Made by a program: the position numbers and the translations under genes
Part shown: positions 10,161 to 20,604 of the stretch, piece after piece
Layout: every line of letters begins with the position of its first letter
Position numbering within the stretch: the first letter of the stretch is position 1
Source: an uncultured delta proteobacterium
GTDB taxonomy: Bacteria > Desulfobacterota > Binatia > UBA9968
Direction of reading: 5' to 3'
NCBI GenBank assembly: GCA_963745035.1
Contig: CAVUVW010000014.1
Coordinates: 512,001-576,000, forward strand
Length of the DNA: 64,000 nt
The notes under the pieces: model-generated
The model's database searches: none
What the model saw: the letters and a program-made list of their open reading frames with translations, nothing else
What the model was told of the DNA's origin: nothing

Positions 10161-11528
10161 ATGAATCGAAATATTGACGGGCGAATCTTTATCTGGCTGA
10201 TGATTGGCCTTTTGTCTGCGCCCCCGCAGGTGTTCTCTCAGCAGAAGGCAGCCGCTCCGGAGAAGACAGCCGCTGCGGTTTTTTCGCAGGAAGAATTGGA
10301 TCAAACCCTGGCGCCCATCGCGCTCCACCCGGACTCGCTCGTCGCGCAGATTTTAATGGCGTCCACATATCCACTGGAGGTGGTGCAGGCCGACCGCTGG
10401 GCAAAGCAAAACGCCAGTCTCAAGGGGGATGCTCTGACCAAGGCGCTCGAGTCGCAGAACTGGGACCCGAGCGTAAAATCGCTGGTGAACTTTCCCCAGG
10501 TACTCACCATGATGAGCGAGAAGCTCGACTGGACTCAGAAGCTCGGCGACGCGTTTTTGGCCGACCAGAAAAAAGTCTTGGATACCATCCAGAGTTTGCG
10601 CGCCAAAGCGCAGGCTTCCGGCAATCTCAAAACGACCAAAGAGCAGACCGTCATCGTCGAAGAAAAGATCATCAAGATCGAGCCGGCACAACCCCAAACG
10701 GTTTACGTGCCGACCTATAACCCGACCGTGGTTTACGGCGCGTGGCCGTACCCGGCCTCCCCGCCTTATTACTACTATCCGCCGGGATATGTAGCCAGCT
10801 CCGTGCTTGCGTTCGGCGCCGGTGTCGCCATGGGGGCCGCGTGGGGTTATGCGTGGGGCGGCTGCAACTGGGGCGGCGGAGACGTCGACATCGATGTCGA
10901 TCGGAACACGAATATCAATAACAACATCAACCGAGACCAGGCCAAGCAGAAATTACAGGAGAGGGGACAGGCTAATCAAAGGGGTCAGGGCAAATGGCAG
11001 CACAACCCCGAGCACCGCAAAGGAGTTTCGTATCGCGACCAGGGAACGGCGCAGAAATTCAATCGGGAGAGCACCAACCAGGCGATTCAGTCCAGGGAAC
11101 AGTTTCGTGGACGGTCCGAGCAAGGACAGCAGGAATTGGCTCGCGGAGGCGGCGATCGCGCCGCTGCCGGCGATCGCGGTGGCCAGGGACCAGGCGGTGA
11201 CCGCGGCGGAAGCGATCGCGCTGCTGGCGGTGACCGCGGCGGCGCCGGTGGTGACCGCGGTGGGGGCGATCGCGCTGCGATTAGCGATCGAGGCGGCCAG
11301 GGAGTCGGCGGTGATCGAGGCGGGTCGGGCGGTGATCGAGGCGGTGCAAGTCAGCTCGGTGGTTCCGGCAGCCGCGGCGGCGCATTCGAGGGTGTCGGGG
11401 GTGGGGGCAGCTCAGCCCGCAGCGCGAGCGAGCGCGGCAGTGCCAGTCGCGGCGGCGGTGGCGGAGGGCGTGGGGGCGGTGGCGGCGGAGGCCGGGGGGG
11501 TGGTGGTGGCGGAGGCCGGCGCCGCTAG
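10161..11528 (+). CDS. DUF3300 domain-containing exported protein with Gly/Arg-rich tail
   Basis: ELDQTLAPIALHPDSLVAQILMASTYPLEVVQA, WDPSVKSL, VYVPTYNPTVVYGAW. Confidence 0.85.
   Translation: MNRNIDGRIFIWLMIGLLSAPPQVFSQQKAAAPEKTAAAVFSQEELDQTLAPIALHPDSLVAQILMASTYPLEVVQADRWAKQNASLKGDALTKALESQNWDPSVKSLVNFPQVLTMMSEKLDWTQKLGDAFLADQKKVLDTIQSLRAKAQASGNLKTTKEQTVIVEEKIIKIEPAQPQTVYVPTYNPTVVYGAWPYPASPPYYYYPPGYVASSVLAFGAGVAMGAAWGYAWGGCNWGGGDVDIDVDRNTNINNNINRDQAKQKLQERGQANQRGQGKWQHNPEHRKGVSYRDQGTAQKFNRESTNQAIQSREQFRGRSEQGQQELARGGGDRAAAGDRGGQGPGGDRGGSDRAAGGDRGGAGGDRGGGDRAAISDRGGQGVGGDRGGSGGDRGGASQLGGSGSRGGAFEGVGGGGSSARSASERGSASRGGGGGGRGGGGGGGRGGGGGGGRRR
11148..11525 (+). repeat. Coding low-complexity repeats (GGDRG/GGDRA units, then RGGGGGGG)
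   Basis: Repeated ggcgatcgcg/ggtgaccgcggc/ggtgatcgaggc units inside the DUF3300 gene. Confidence 0.85.
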
Positions 11529-11605
11529 TTTGAGCCGGAAGAGCGGAATCAGAAGGTGGAACTGTGGAAAATTTGAATGTTGCTCTTGGTTTTACCGGAG
11601 GAGAA

Positions 11606-12553
11606 ATGAAGTTTGCGAACGCAAAATCGCAAAGCCGCGCCGATCAATGGTTGCTCGCGAGCGTCGTGTTCGTTACAGTGATGTTGAATTGCAGTCTGTC
11701 GTTTGCGGCGGCAGCCCCGCAAAAAACCTTCAGCTCGGCTGAAGAAGCGGTCAAAGCCGCAATAGCCGCGGCGAAGAAGGGTGACGATAAAGAAGTTAGC
11801 GCAATCTTCGGTCCCGGCTCCCAGGAACTGCTGCATTCAGGGGACGCCATTGCGGATAAGCAGAGGCGAGCCGAATTTCTCAAGGCCTACGACGAAAGAA
11901 ACCGGCTGGTCACCGAAGGGGAGCATACCATCCTTGTGGTAGGCAAAACCGATTGGCCGCTGCCGATTCCGTTAGTCAAGAAAGGCAACGGCTGGATCTT
12001 CGATGCTGCCAAAGGAAAAGAAGAAGTACTCAATCGCCGCATCGGGCAAAACGAGCTCAGTGCGATTCAGGTTACATTAGCCTACGTCGATGCACAGCGG
12101 GAGTATGCGAGGAAGGATCGCGACCGTGATGGGCTGTTGGAATACGCCCAGAGGCCTCGCAGCGAATCGGGCAAGCGGAATGGGCTGTACTGGCCAGTCA
12201 AGAGTGGAGAAGAGCAGAGCCCCCTAGGGCCACTGGCTGCCCGCGCCGTCAAAGAAGGATATAAGGCAAGCGATAAACCGGTCCCCTTCCATGGCTATTA
12301 TTACCGCATTCTTACGGCGCAAGGGAAAAACGCGCCCGGTGGAGCCTACAGCTATCTCGTGAAAGGCAGCATGATCGGCGGCTTTGCTCTGGTGGCCTAT
12401 CCGGCGGAGTACCGCAATTCCGGAGTGATGACTTTTATCGTCAACCACGACGGCAAAGTGTTTCAGAAGGATCTCGGAAAGAACACCGCTGCGGTCGCCT
12501 CCGCGATGAAAGAATACAATCCGGACCAGAGCTGGGTGGAGGTGCAACAGTGA
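11606..12553 (+). CDS. DUF2950 family exported protein
   Basis: WPLPIPLVK, RRIGQNEL, YVDAQREYA, GLYWP, PFHGYYYRIL, SGVMTFIVN; RBS GGAGGAG; usual partner of DUF3300. Confidence 0.88.
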   Translation: MKFANAKSQSRADQWLLASVVFVTVMLNCSLSFAAAAPQKTFSSAEEAVKAAIAAAKKGDDKEVSAIFGPGSQELLHSGDAIADKQRRAEFLKAYDERNRLVTEGEHTILVVGKTDWPLPIPLVKKGNGWIFDAAKGKEEVLNRRIGQNELSAIQVTLAYVDAQREYARKDRDRDGLLEYAQRPRSESGKRNGLYWPVKSGEEQSPLGPLAARAVKEGYKASDKPVPFHGYYYRILTAQGKNAPGGAYSYLVKGSMIGGFALVAYPAEYRNSGVMTFIVNHDGKVFQKDLGKNTAAVASAMKEYNPDQSWVEVQQ

Positions 12554-12772
12554 TTTGAAACGCAGAGCGATGTGATCTAAGCTACGACCTGGCTCGGACG
12601 AGAGCGGAGAATACAACGAGCTATGTCGCGAGCCGGAAAAAGGTCGATCCCAGTCAGCTTGTCGTGATGTCTTACGGTGAGAGCGCCGAATCGAAATTTT
12701 TGTTTACCGCGATCCCGTGACTGCCGGATCAGCTGAGCAAGCGAAGGACGAGCGCTGACATACGGGTGATCT

Positions 12773-14323
12773 ATGCTAGTCTTTTTGATCCACATTCGAG
12801 ATCCGCAATTCTACGCGCTTCCGACCGCGAAGCGGGCAAAGAACGGCAATATCCGTGTCATGGGTTTCCCGCCGATCGGGATAATGTCGCTCTCCGCGGT
12901 ACTCAAACGCGCCGGGCATGATTGCATAATGTTCGACCAGGCCAACCCCGAAACGCCCAATGAAGCGATCATCGAGCGCATACGGCGCGACAAACCTGAT
13001 TTGGTCGGATTGAGCTTTTTGAGCACGACAAGTTATCCCTACGCAAAGATCCTTGCGCGAAAAATCCGAGCCGTGGACAGCCGCGTGCGCCTGGCATTCG
13101 GGGGGGTCTTTGCCACATTGAACGCGGAGCAAGTGAAGCTGCAGTGCCCCGAAGTCGATTTCGTATGCCGTGGCGACGGTGAACAACTGATTCTCGATCT
13201 GCTTGACCGCTTGGATGATCCTGCGGACGTGCCCGGTGTGACCTGGGCCAAAGACGGTCGACCAATTCATAACCCCAATCGAGAGCTGGATCGCAGGCTC
13301 GATCAGTGGCCGTTTCCAGATCGCGAGAGTCTGGCTTTGGACTTTGTCGAATCCATGCCCCTCGACGTCCCTGCCGTGCTGTCGATGGAGCGCTTCACCA
13401 CGATGCAGACCTCCCGCGGCTGTCCCTGGCCGTGCGTATTTTGCGACATTCCGATCTTCAACGAAGGGAAATGGCGCTCCCGAAGCGCGCAGCACGTGGT
13501 CGACGAGTTCAAGCACCTGCAGTCGCTCGGTTATGGCTCGGTCTATTTTGTGGACGATCATTTTTTGCTCCAGCCCAAACGAATCGAAGCAATCTGCAAA
13601 GGCATCAGGGACAACGGCATCTCGATTCAATGGGGTTGCGAAGGCCGGGTTGATTCAACGGCGCAGCATCTATTTCCGGCAATGGCCCAAGCGCACTGCC
13701 GCACCGTGATGTTCGGCGTGGAAAGCGGCAGTCAAAAAGTGCTCGACCGCTTGAAGAAGGATCAAACCCTGGAACAGGTGGAGGGCGCGGTCAATAAAGC
13801 CAAACAAGCAGGCATCGAGATCGTGCACGGGTTCTTTGTGGTCGGCAGTCCCGACGAGACAGTCGAGGACATGCGCGCGACATTCGACTTTGCCGCGAAG
13901 CTACGACTCGATACCTTCGGATTCAACCGGCTGTGTGTTTACCGCGGCACCCCGCTATGGAAAGAGTACGTTGCCCGTGGTTTGGTTGATGATGCCACGG
14001 ATTGGTACAAGTATTTTAAGTGCTCCGAGATCGATCCTACGTGCCTGCCGGGGGGAGTGATCAATACAGAACGGATTGCCGGCTTACGCCGGCTATTCCG
14101 CTACAAAGTGACTCACCACACTCTGCAAACCTTTCGGCTCTTGCGACGCTTCTTGCGTTATATGCCGCTGCGGGACGTCGTCCATCTGATTATCAAACCG
14201 TTTCTCGGCCAGAAGCAGGGAGCGACGCGCAACGAGGTGCTTACGCGCGCCGTCGAACATGGCGCTTTCAAGGATGCCGCTGCGGAAATGACAACCATCC
14301 CTGACGATCGCTTGAAGGTTTGA
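12773..14323 (+). CDS. Cobalamin-binding radical SAM protein
   Basis: N-terminal B12-binding region (PPIGIMSLSAVLK, GGVFAT, GDGE); SRGCPWPCVFC CxxxCxxC; GVESGSQKVL. Confidence 0.9.
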   Translation: MLVFLIHIRDPQFYALPTAKRAKNGNIRVMGFPPIGIMSLSAVLKRAGHDCIMFDQANPETPNEAIIERIRRDKPDLVGLSFLSTTSYPYAKILARKIRAVDSRVRLAFGGVFATLNAEQVKLQCPEVDFVCRGDGEQLILDLLDRLDDPADVPGVTWAKDGRPIHNPNRELDRRLDQWPFPDRESLALDFVESMPLDVPAVLSMERFTTMQTSRGCPWPCVFCDIPIFNEGKWRSRSAQHVVDEFKHLQSLGYGSVYFVDDHFLLQPKRIEAICKGIRDNGISIQWGCEGRVDSTAQHLFPAMAQAHCRTVMFGVESGSQKVLDRLKKDQTLEQVEGAVNKAKQAGIEIVHGFFVVGSPDETVEDMRATFDFAAKLRLDTFGFNRLCVYRGTPLWKEYVARGLVDDATDWYKYFKCSEIDPTCLPGGVINTERIAGLRRLFRYKVTHHTLQTFRLLRRFLRYMPLRDVVHLIIKPFLGQKQGATRNEVLTRAVEHGAFKDAAAEMTTIPDDRLKV

Positions 14324-14565
14324 GTCATTTGCCGTTCAAAGTGGCCGCTGATGCGTTGTAATTTCAAGCCTCTTCGTTTGACTACCGTGTCTCGATAAGC
14401 CTTCCAGACTTGATCACTGAGACATTTCGGTTTCTTTGTTTGCCGGCGATCGTCGATCGAAGATCGCCGGCCTGTAATCATCGATTCGTACTGTTGCCAT
14501 AAGCTGGGCTCTGAGATTATGATCGGCTACTTCCGGCACAAATCCTTGTCGCAAGTCATCTAACA

Positions 14566-16641
14566 ATGGGAAGAGGGACAAAATTGATCGAGTCGCCGCT
14601 GGTTCCACGGTACCAAGAAGGCATATTGATTAGAGGGAATATTCCCGTAGCGCTTCGTCATGCGTTCGCCGTGCTGTTGGTCTGTACCGGCTACTATGCC
14701 GGAACCTTAATTGCCCAATCGCTTAGATTCCCGAACTCTCATCTATCGCTCCTGTGGCCGCCTACGGCAATCGTCTTGGCAGCATTGCTGCTCGCGCCGC
14801 CACGACTCTGGTGGATTTATCTCGTCGCCGTTTCCCCCGTGCATATTTTCGTGCAACTGCAGGACGGTGTGCCGGAGTTGGGGATATTGAGCCAGCTGAT
14901 CGGCAACTTCGGTCAGGCGGTCGTTGCCGCGCTGGGTGTGCGCTATTTCGTCGGAGACCAACGACAGCTCGACAGTTTTCGCGCCGTCGTAATCTTTACG
15001 CTATGTGCAGCTCTTCTCGCTCCTTTTCTCGTGTCGGCAATCGCCGTATATCTCTACGTGCTGAGCGGGTGGGAGCATGACTATTGGTACGCGTGGCGTG
15101 CACGGGTCTTGTCCAATTCCCTTTCGACGCTGACGATCGTGCCACCTATACTGACGGCGTTCGGTGCCGTAGCTGCGCAGATGGAAAGCCCTCCACCGCG
15201 GCGCTATCTGGAATTGGTTCTCCTTATGACCGGGCTGGTTGTCGTGGGATTTTTGGCCGGTAGGCAAGCGGCTCCCACATTGATTTACGCACCGCTTCCG
15301 TTCCTTCTGTGGGCAGCCGTGCGATTCGAGATCGGCACCTTGTGTCTCGCCCTGTTGCTTGCCGCCTATATCGTTTTTGTGAATACCTCGGGCGGTCATG
15401 GGCCCTTCGCGATGCAGTCAGCTGCCGAGAATGCCTTGTCAGTGCAGCTGTTCCTCATTACGATTTCCGTCCCGTTGATCTACCTGGCGGCGCTGACCAG
15501 CGAACGACGTGAAAAAGAGCAGGCGCTAGGCCGGAGCGAGGCTCGCTACCGGGCGTTGGTGATGACGAGCGCGGAAGTGGTTTGGCGCGCGAACGCACGG
15601 GGAGAGGTTTTCTTTGTTACCCCGAGTTGGCAACAACTCACAGGGCAGAGCGACGAAGAAATGCGCAAATTCGGTTGGCTTCAAGCCCTTCATCCCGACG
15701 ACCGAGAGTCGAACGCGCGTTTGTGGCAGCAAGCGATGAAGAAAAAACGCGTGTTCGAGAATGAGTTTAGGGTCCGCACTCATAGCGGGAGTTACCGGCA
15801 TTTTCACGTTCAAGCGGTGCCGATTGTGGCGCCGGACGGCACTGTGCAAGAGTGGGTGGGAGCGAACACCGATATCACCGACAGAAAGGAAGCTGCATTA
15901 GCGGCTCAGCGGCACCGCGACGAACTTGCCCATGTGTCGCGCATCTCGACGATGGGAGAACTGGCGGCATCCCTGGCGCATGAGCTAAACCAGCCGTTAA
16001 CGGCCATCCTCAGTAACGCCCAGGCTGCCCAGCGCTTGTTAGCGATCGCTCCATCCGATCTCGAAGAGGTGCGTGAGATTCTGAAGGATATCGTCTATGA
16101 CGACAATCGCGCCGGCGAGGTCATCCATCGGCTGCGTGCCCTGGTGAGAAAAGAACATCTCGAGTTTGCGCCGCTCGTTCTCGCCAATGTGGTCAACGAC
16201 GTCGTGCTGCTGCTCCGCAGCGATGCCATTCTGCACAACGTTCGCATCTTGGTCGAAATCAACGCCGATCTAGCGCTCGTGCGCGGCGACCGGATCCAGT
16301 TGCAGCAAGTGGTTCTGAATCTGCTGTTGAACGCCTTTGACGCCATGAAGGACAATCCAGTGCACGAACGCGAGGTTGTCGTGCGTGGGGGATTGGACGG
16401 GACGAACTCGGTAAAAGTCGCGGTCCAAGATCGGGGGATCGGTCTGGATAACGAAAAGCAAAAGGCCGACAAAATATTTGAGCCTTTTTATACGACCAAG
16501 AAAGACGGATTGGGAATGGGGCTTTCCATCAGCCGCTCTATCATCGAGGCTCACGGAGGGCAGTTGTGGGCGGAGAACAATCCACAGCGCGGCGCAACGT
16601 TATATTTTACGGTGCCGATAGCGAAGTCAGAAGCGCTATGA
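14566..16641 (+). CDS. MASE1-PAS sensor histidine kinase (FixL-like kinase core)
   Basis: Multi-TM N-terminus with LWPPTAIVLAALL, one PAS, LAHELNQPL, GLGMGLSISRSII; kinase core closely resembles 3370. Confidence 0.9.
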   Translation: MGRGTKLIESPLVPRYQEGILIRGNIPVALRHAFAVLLVCTGYYAGTLIAQSLRFPNSHLSLLWPPTAIVLAALLLAPPRLWWIYLVAVSPVHIFVQLQDGVPELGILSQLIGNFGQAVVAALGVRYFVGDQRQLDSFRAVVIFTLCAALLAPFLVSAIAVYLYVLSGWEHDYWYAWRARVLSNSLSTLTIVPPILTAFGAVAAQMESPPPRRYLELVLLMTGLVVVGFLAGRQAAPTLIYAPLPFLLWAAVRFEIGTLCLALLLAAYIVFVNTSGGHGPFAMQSAAENALSVQLFLITISVPLIYLAALTSERREKEQALGRSEARYRALVMTSAEVVWRANARGEVFFVTPSWQQLTGQSDEEMRKFGWLQALHPDDRESNARLWQQAMKKKRVFENEFRVRTHSGSYRHFHVQAVPIVAPDGTVQEWVGANTDITDRKEAALAAQRHRDELAHVSRISTMGELAASLAHELNQPLTAILSNAQAAQRLLAIAPSDLEEVREILKDIVYDDNRAGEVIHRLRALVRKEHLEFAPLVLANVVNDVVLLLRSDAILHNVRILVEINADLALVRGDRIQLQQVVLNLLLNAFDAMKDNPVHEREVVVRGGLDGTNSVKVAVQDRGIGLDNEKQKADKIFEPFYTTKKDGLGMGLSISRSIIEAHGGQLWAENNPQRGATLYFTVPIAKSEAL

Positions 16642-16993
16642 GTTGAATGCTCTAACCAAAAAGCACTGGAACAAGAAACCGGAAGCCGGTGGACAACTTT
16701 CTTTGTATCCCCGGCGGGATGTCAGTTACTCTCAGTAATTCCTGACGCTCGGCGGCACCGGACGCAGATCGCATTACATATCTATCTCTATCGTAAAGAT
16801 CGCTTTGGCCACCTCTGCATTGGACTAATCCCATGCGATTATTTCGATCCCGTGCGACGGGTCGCGCTTCTCTTGACCTGGTAAGAATCCATCGGTTTCA
16901 CAGAAAACACCCGCCTCTCTCGGTGACTTATTCCTTGAGTCAAGCGTGGGTGACCTCAAGGTAGCCGATCGAGCTGGTCGGCCATGTTTCCCC

Positions 16994-17013
16994 AGTTGGA
17001 CCAAAGTCCAATA
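16994..17013 (+). promoter_or_regulatory. Dyad operator copy 2: AGTTGGAC-CAAA-GTCCAATA
   Basis: Same motif; TGA-TAAAAA extended -10-like at 17032-17040; upstream of the sORF-patatin genes. Confidence 0.8.
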
Positions 17014-17101
17014 CACAGCGTATCGGCTCTTTGATAAAAACCGCGGCTAGCGGGGTGATTACGAAAACGACCATCGTAAATTTTTGCAGGAGGAGTTGCG
17101 T

Positions 17102-17194
17102 ATGAAACCACTAATTCTCGCGGTCATCGTTATGATGCTTTCAAGCTCTACTGTCGCGCAAGGAAACAATTCTACAGACAGGCCCGCTTTATAG
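17102..17194 (+). CDS. 30-aa small ORF with signal-peptide character (or remnant of a secreted protein)
   Basis: Strong RBS AGGAGGAG; MKPLILAVIVMMLSSSTVAQGNNSTDRPAL*. Confidence 0.45.
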   Translation: MKPLILAVIVMMLSSSTVAQGNNSTDRPAL

Positions 17195-17203
17195 AGGTAA
17201 CCC

Positions 17204-18466
17204 ATGACAATAGGAACTCGATCAGTGCTTCTCTCTAACCTTTTGCGCTATTCGGCATGTGTCCGTCGTACGATTTCACTGAAGGCCGTTTCAGCTCTCG
17301 CCGCGGGGCTCGTGCTGACCGGTTGTGGGACTGCCATACAGCGCTCGGACGTTGAGCGGCAGAATCTCCTGAAACTGCGCAGCGCGAGCGACGAACAGTC
17401 CATCGTGGTTGCCCGGAGACTGTTCGCTCGATTGCTGCAACGCACCAAGGCCGAGTACGACCGGCGCGCCGCAGCAGGGCAGCCGCCGCCGGTGATCGAT
17501 ATTCTGATTGTCTCGGGCGGAGGTGACTGGGGGGCGTTCGGAGCGGGATTTCTCAAGGGGTGGCAGAAGGTGCCGGCCCAACACCCGCTGGCGAAGCCTG
17601 AGTTCGACGCTGTAACCGGAGTAAGCACTGGCGCGTTGATCGCACCATTCGCTTTCCTGGGCGACGAGCAGTCGATCGATCAGATCGTCAACCTCTATCG
17701 CAACCCGGAGCCGGACTGGGTGAAGAACCGCGGGTTTCTTTATTTTTTGCCCGACAATATTTCTTTCGCCGAAGTGCCGGGGCTCGAGCGCGAGATGCGC
17801 AAACACATCACCTTGGACATGGCGCGTCGTCTCACGAAGGCGGGAAGCGACGGTCGACTGCTGGCGGTCAACACGACCAACCTTGACGATGCCTCGTCGC
17901 GGGTATTCGACCTGGTGGCGGAAGCCCAGCGCGCCTCTGACTCCGGCCAGCTTGACCGCATTCACAATGTCATGCTCGCATCCGCGGGAATTCCGGGTGC
18001 TTTCCCGTTCCGTATGATCGACGACGAGCTCTACGTCGACGGCGGCGTTACCGGAAACATCATCTATGGCGGGCGTGTAACGGAAGAGGATAGCTTGCCG
18101 GCCGCGTGGCAGAAGACCTATCCGAACCTGCCCATCCCGAAGATACGCTATTGGGTAATTTTCAACAATCAGTTCCGCCCAGTACCGGAGGTGGTGGCAC
18201 CGAAATGGCCGGCGGTCATTCAACGAAGCCTTGAAACGTCCACACGCGCGGCGACGGCGACCGCGGTGCGGCATCTTTACGCTATGGCCGAGATCTCGCG
18301 GCTCAGGCGCAAGGCCGAAGTGGAAGTGCGTATCGTTTCGATCCCTGGCGATTGGTTACCTCCGATACCCGGGATTTTTATCAAAGAGAGTATGAACAAT
18401 CTCGCGGACCTCGGCGAGAAGATGGGCGCCGATCCATCCAGCTGGAGCACGGAGCCGCCGCAGTAG
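17204..18466 (+). CDS. Patatin-like phospholipase, lipoprotein
   Basis: Lipobox LTGC; SGGGDWGAFGAG, GVSTG nucleophile elbow, DGG motif. Confidence 0.9.
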   Translation: MTIGTRSVLLSNLLRYSACVRRTISLKAVSALAAGLVLTGCGTAIQRSDVERQNLLKLRSASDEQSIVVARRLFARLLQRTKAEYDRRAAAGQPPPVIDILIVSGGGDWGAFGAGFLKGWQKVPAQHPLAKPEFDAVTGVSTGALIAPFAFLGDEQSIDQIVNLYRNPEPDWVKNRGFLYFLPDNISFAEVPGLEREMRKHITLDMARRLTKAGSDGRLLAVNTTNLDDASSRVFDLVAEAQRASDSGQLDRIHNVMLASAGIPGAFPFRMIDDELYVDGGVTGNIIYGGRVTEEDSLPAAWQKTYPNLPIPKIRYWVIFNNQFRPVPEVVAPKWPAVIQRSLETSTRAATATAVRHLYAMAEISRLRRKAEVEVRIVSIPGDWLPPIPGIFIKESMNNLADLGEKMGADPSSWSTEPPQ

Positions 18467-18790
18467 TGAGTCCGCGGTGATTGTAGGGGACAGTAGAAAC
18501 ACCGATATACGTTCACATGCTCTATATTTACATGAACCGGCCATCGCCTGCGGCGATGAGTCCCGCCCTGCGCGAATTCCTCCGGTTTGTTTGTTCTAGA
18601 CAGGCGCAGGAGATCGCGGCGCGGGACGGAAATTTTCCTCTTGACGCACCGCTCGCAGCGCAGGAATGCGCGATCGGCGAATGAACCAGTGTTCGACGCG
18701 GCCGTGTCACTCGCCGAGCTCGCACCTATGGTGATTGACGGCGCGTGGCTCATTTAGATTGCCTAAGATGCGAAGCTTAGAGGAGATAAG

Positions 18791-20291
18791 ATGACGCGCA
18801 AATCGCTCTTCCATAGAAGATTTGTTAGCTGCTCTCTGTTCACCGTTCTGTACTTCAGCGGCTTATCGACTCTGCCGGCGCAAGCCGGCGAAGCCACGAA
18901 ATCCGCTCCGACGAAGACGCGCGCGCTTCCGACCGATACGAAGGCATGGAAGGGCGACTTCGACGGCATGGTCAAGAGCCGCCACATCCGGATGGCGGTG
19001 CCGTACAGCCGTACTCTCTATTTCAACGACAAGGGACGCGAGCGCGGCATTTCCGCCGACAATGCGCGCGACTTCGAAGGCTACATCAACAAAAAATACC
19101 GCAAACAGATCGGCAACCGACCGATCACGGTTTATCTTGGTGCCGACCACCCGCGACCTGATGCTGCAAAAAGTCGCCGCTGGGCTCGCAGACATTGCCA
19201 TCGGCAACATCACGGCTACCGAAGGGCGCAAGAAGCTAGTCGATTTCGTGGCACCGGCGGATCAGAAGCGGGTCTCAGAAGTAATCGTGACAAGCTCGGA
19301 TGCGCCGCCTCTGGGCAGTGCGGAAGAGCTGTCCGGCAAGACGGTTCACGTCCGCAAGGCGTCGAGCTACTACGAGAGCTTGAACGCGCTCAATAGCCTG
19401 TTAAAGAAAGCAGGCAAGCCGCCGGTCAACCTCATTCTCGTTCCTGACGCCCTTGAGGACGAAGACATGATGGAAATGCTGGGCGTGGGTCTGCTCCGGG
19501 CCATTGTCGTCGATGATTGGAAGGCCGACATATGGGGTAAGCTCTTGCCGAAAATCAGAGTCAATAGCGGAGCTGTGGTGAATTCAGGCGGCCTAATCGG
19601 TTGGGGCATCCGCAAGGGCAGCCCAAAGCTCGCCGCCGAGATCAATGACTTCTACGTGAATTTCATGAAGAAGCACGGCACGGTCAATTCGCGCAAGCAG
19701 GAGTACTTCAAAAAGATCAAACAGATTACCAACTCGACCGATTCCGCCGAAGCAAAACGATTCCGCGAAATGCATCAGGTATTCGAGAAGTATGGCACGA
19801 AGTACGGTTTCGATCCGCTGATGCTCGCGGCCCAAGGCTATCAGGAGTCGCAGCTCAATCAGCATGCCAAAAGCCGGGTAGGCGCCATCGGCGTCATGCA
19901 GGTGATGCCGGCCACCGGCGCCGAGATGAAAGTCGGCGACATTAAAGTCACCGAGGCGAATATCCATGCGGGAGCGAAATACATGGATCATTTGATGACC
20001 CGGTATTTTCGCGACGCGAATTTTCATGAGGCGAATCGATCTCTCTTCGCTTTCGCGGCGTACAACGCCGGACCGGGGCGGATCGCCGGCATGCGCAAGG
20101 AAGCGGCCAAGCGCGGCCTGGACCCGGACAAGTGGTTCAATAACGTCGAGATCGTCACCGCGGAGAAGGTCGGCATCGAAACCACCACTTACGTGCGCAA
20201 CATCTTCAAGTACTACACGGCTTACAAGTTGATGCTTGATCTCGAGGAAACCCAGAAAAAGGCACGCGAGTCGGTCAAGAAAGGGAGCTAG
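18791..20291 (+). CDS. MltF-like lytic transglycosylase (SBP + SLT), one frameshift near 19139
   Basis: Signal peptide and WKGDFDGM in one frame; SLT motifs YQESQL, GAIGVMQVMPAT, AAYNAGPG in the next. Confidence 0.85.
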
Positions 20292-20604
20292 ATTATTTCG
20301 AGTGAATTGTCCCGTTTTTGTCCGCGATAGCTATTGACCATACGCCCAAAGAGGCTTTGATTAGCAGTGTAGTTTGGGCTTTTTGAATCGGAGTGTGGAG
20401 AAAGATGCCTCGCATCCGCTCGGAATGACAACGAAGCAGCTTGTATCGTCGAAGCTTTACTCCGACTAAGAATTGTCGGAATAAAGAATCAGAGTTTCCC
20501 TGATACCGCTCCTAGGTTGTCTCGCGTAGTTTTTTTCGTAAAAAGCGATATAAGTGCGGCACGAAAACCCGGCGTCCTAGGTTAAAAAAACAAGGAAGTA
20601 GCTT

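Noticed and set aside
12773-14323. Radical SAM as part of a RiPP or hopanoid cluster
   Set aside because: No precursor peptide or pathway genes adjacent; a specific function cannot be assigned
14442-14471. 10-bp hairpin GCCGGCGATC/GATCGCCGGC as a terminator
   Set aside because: No U-tract follows the stem on either strand
16818-16833. Half-site ATTGGACTAATCCCA upstream of copy 2
   Set aside because: Right arm is missing; could be a secondary site but is unsupported
20332-20351. TATTGACC-ATAC-GCCCAAAG as a ninth dyad upstream of FGE
   Set aside because: Five mismatches including the core, spacer not YAAR and -10 spacing off; needs a PWM score
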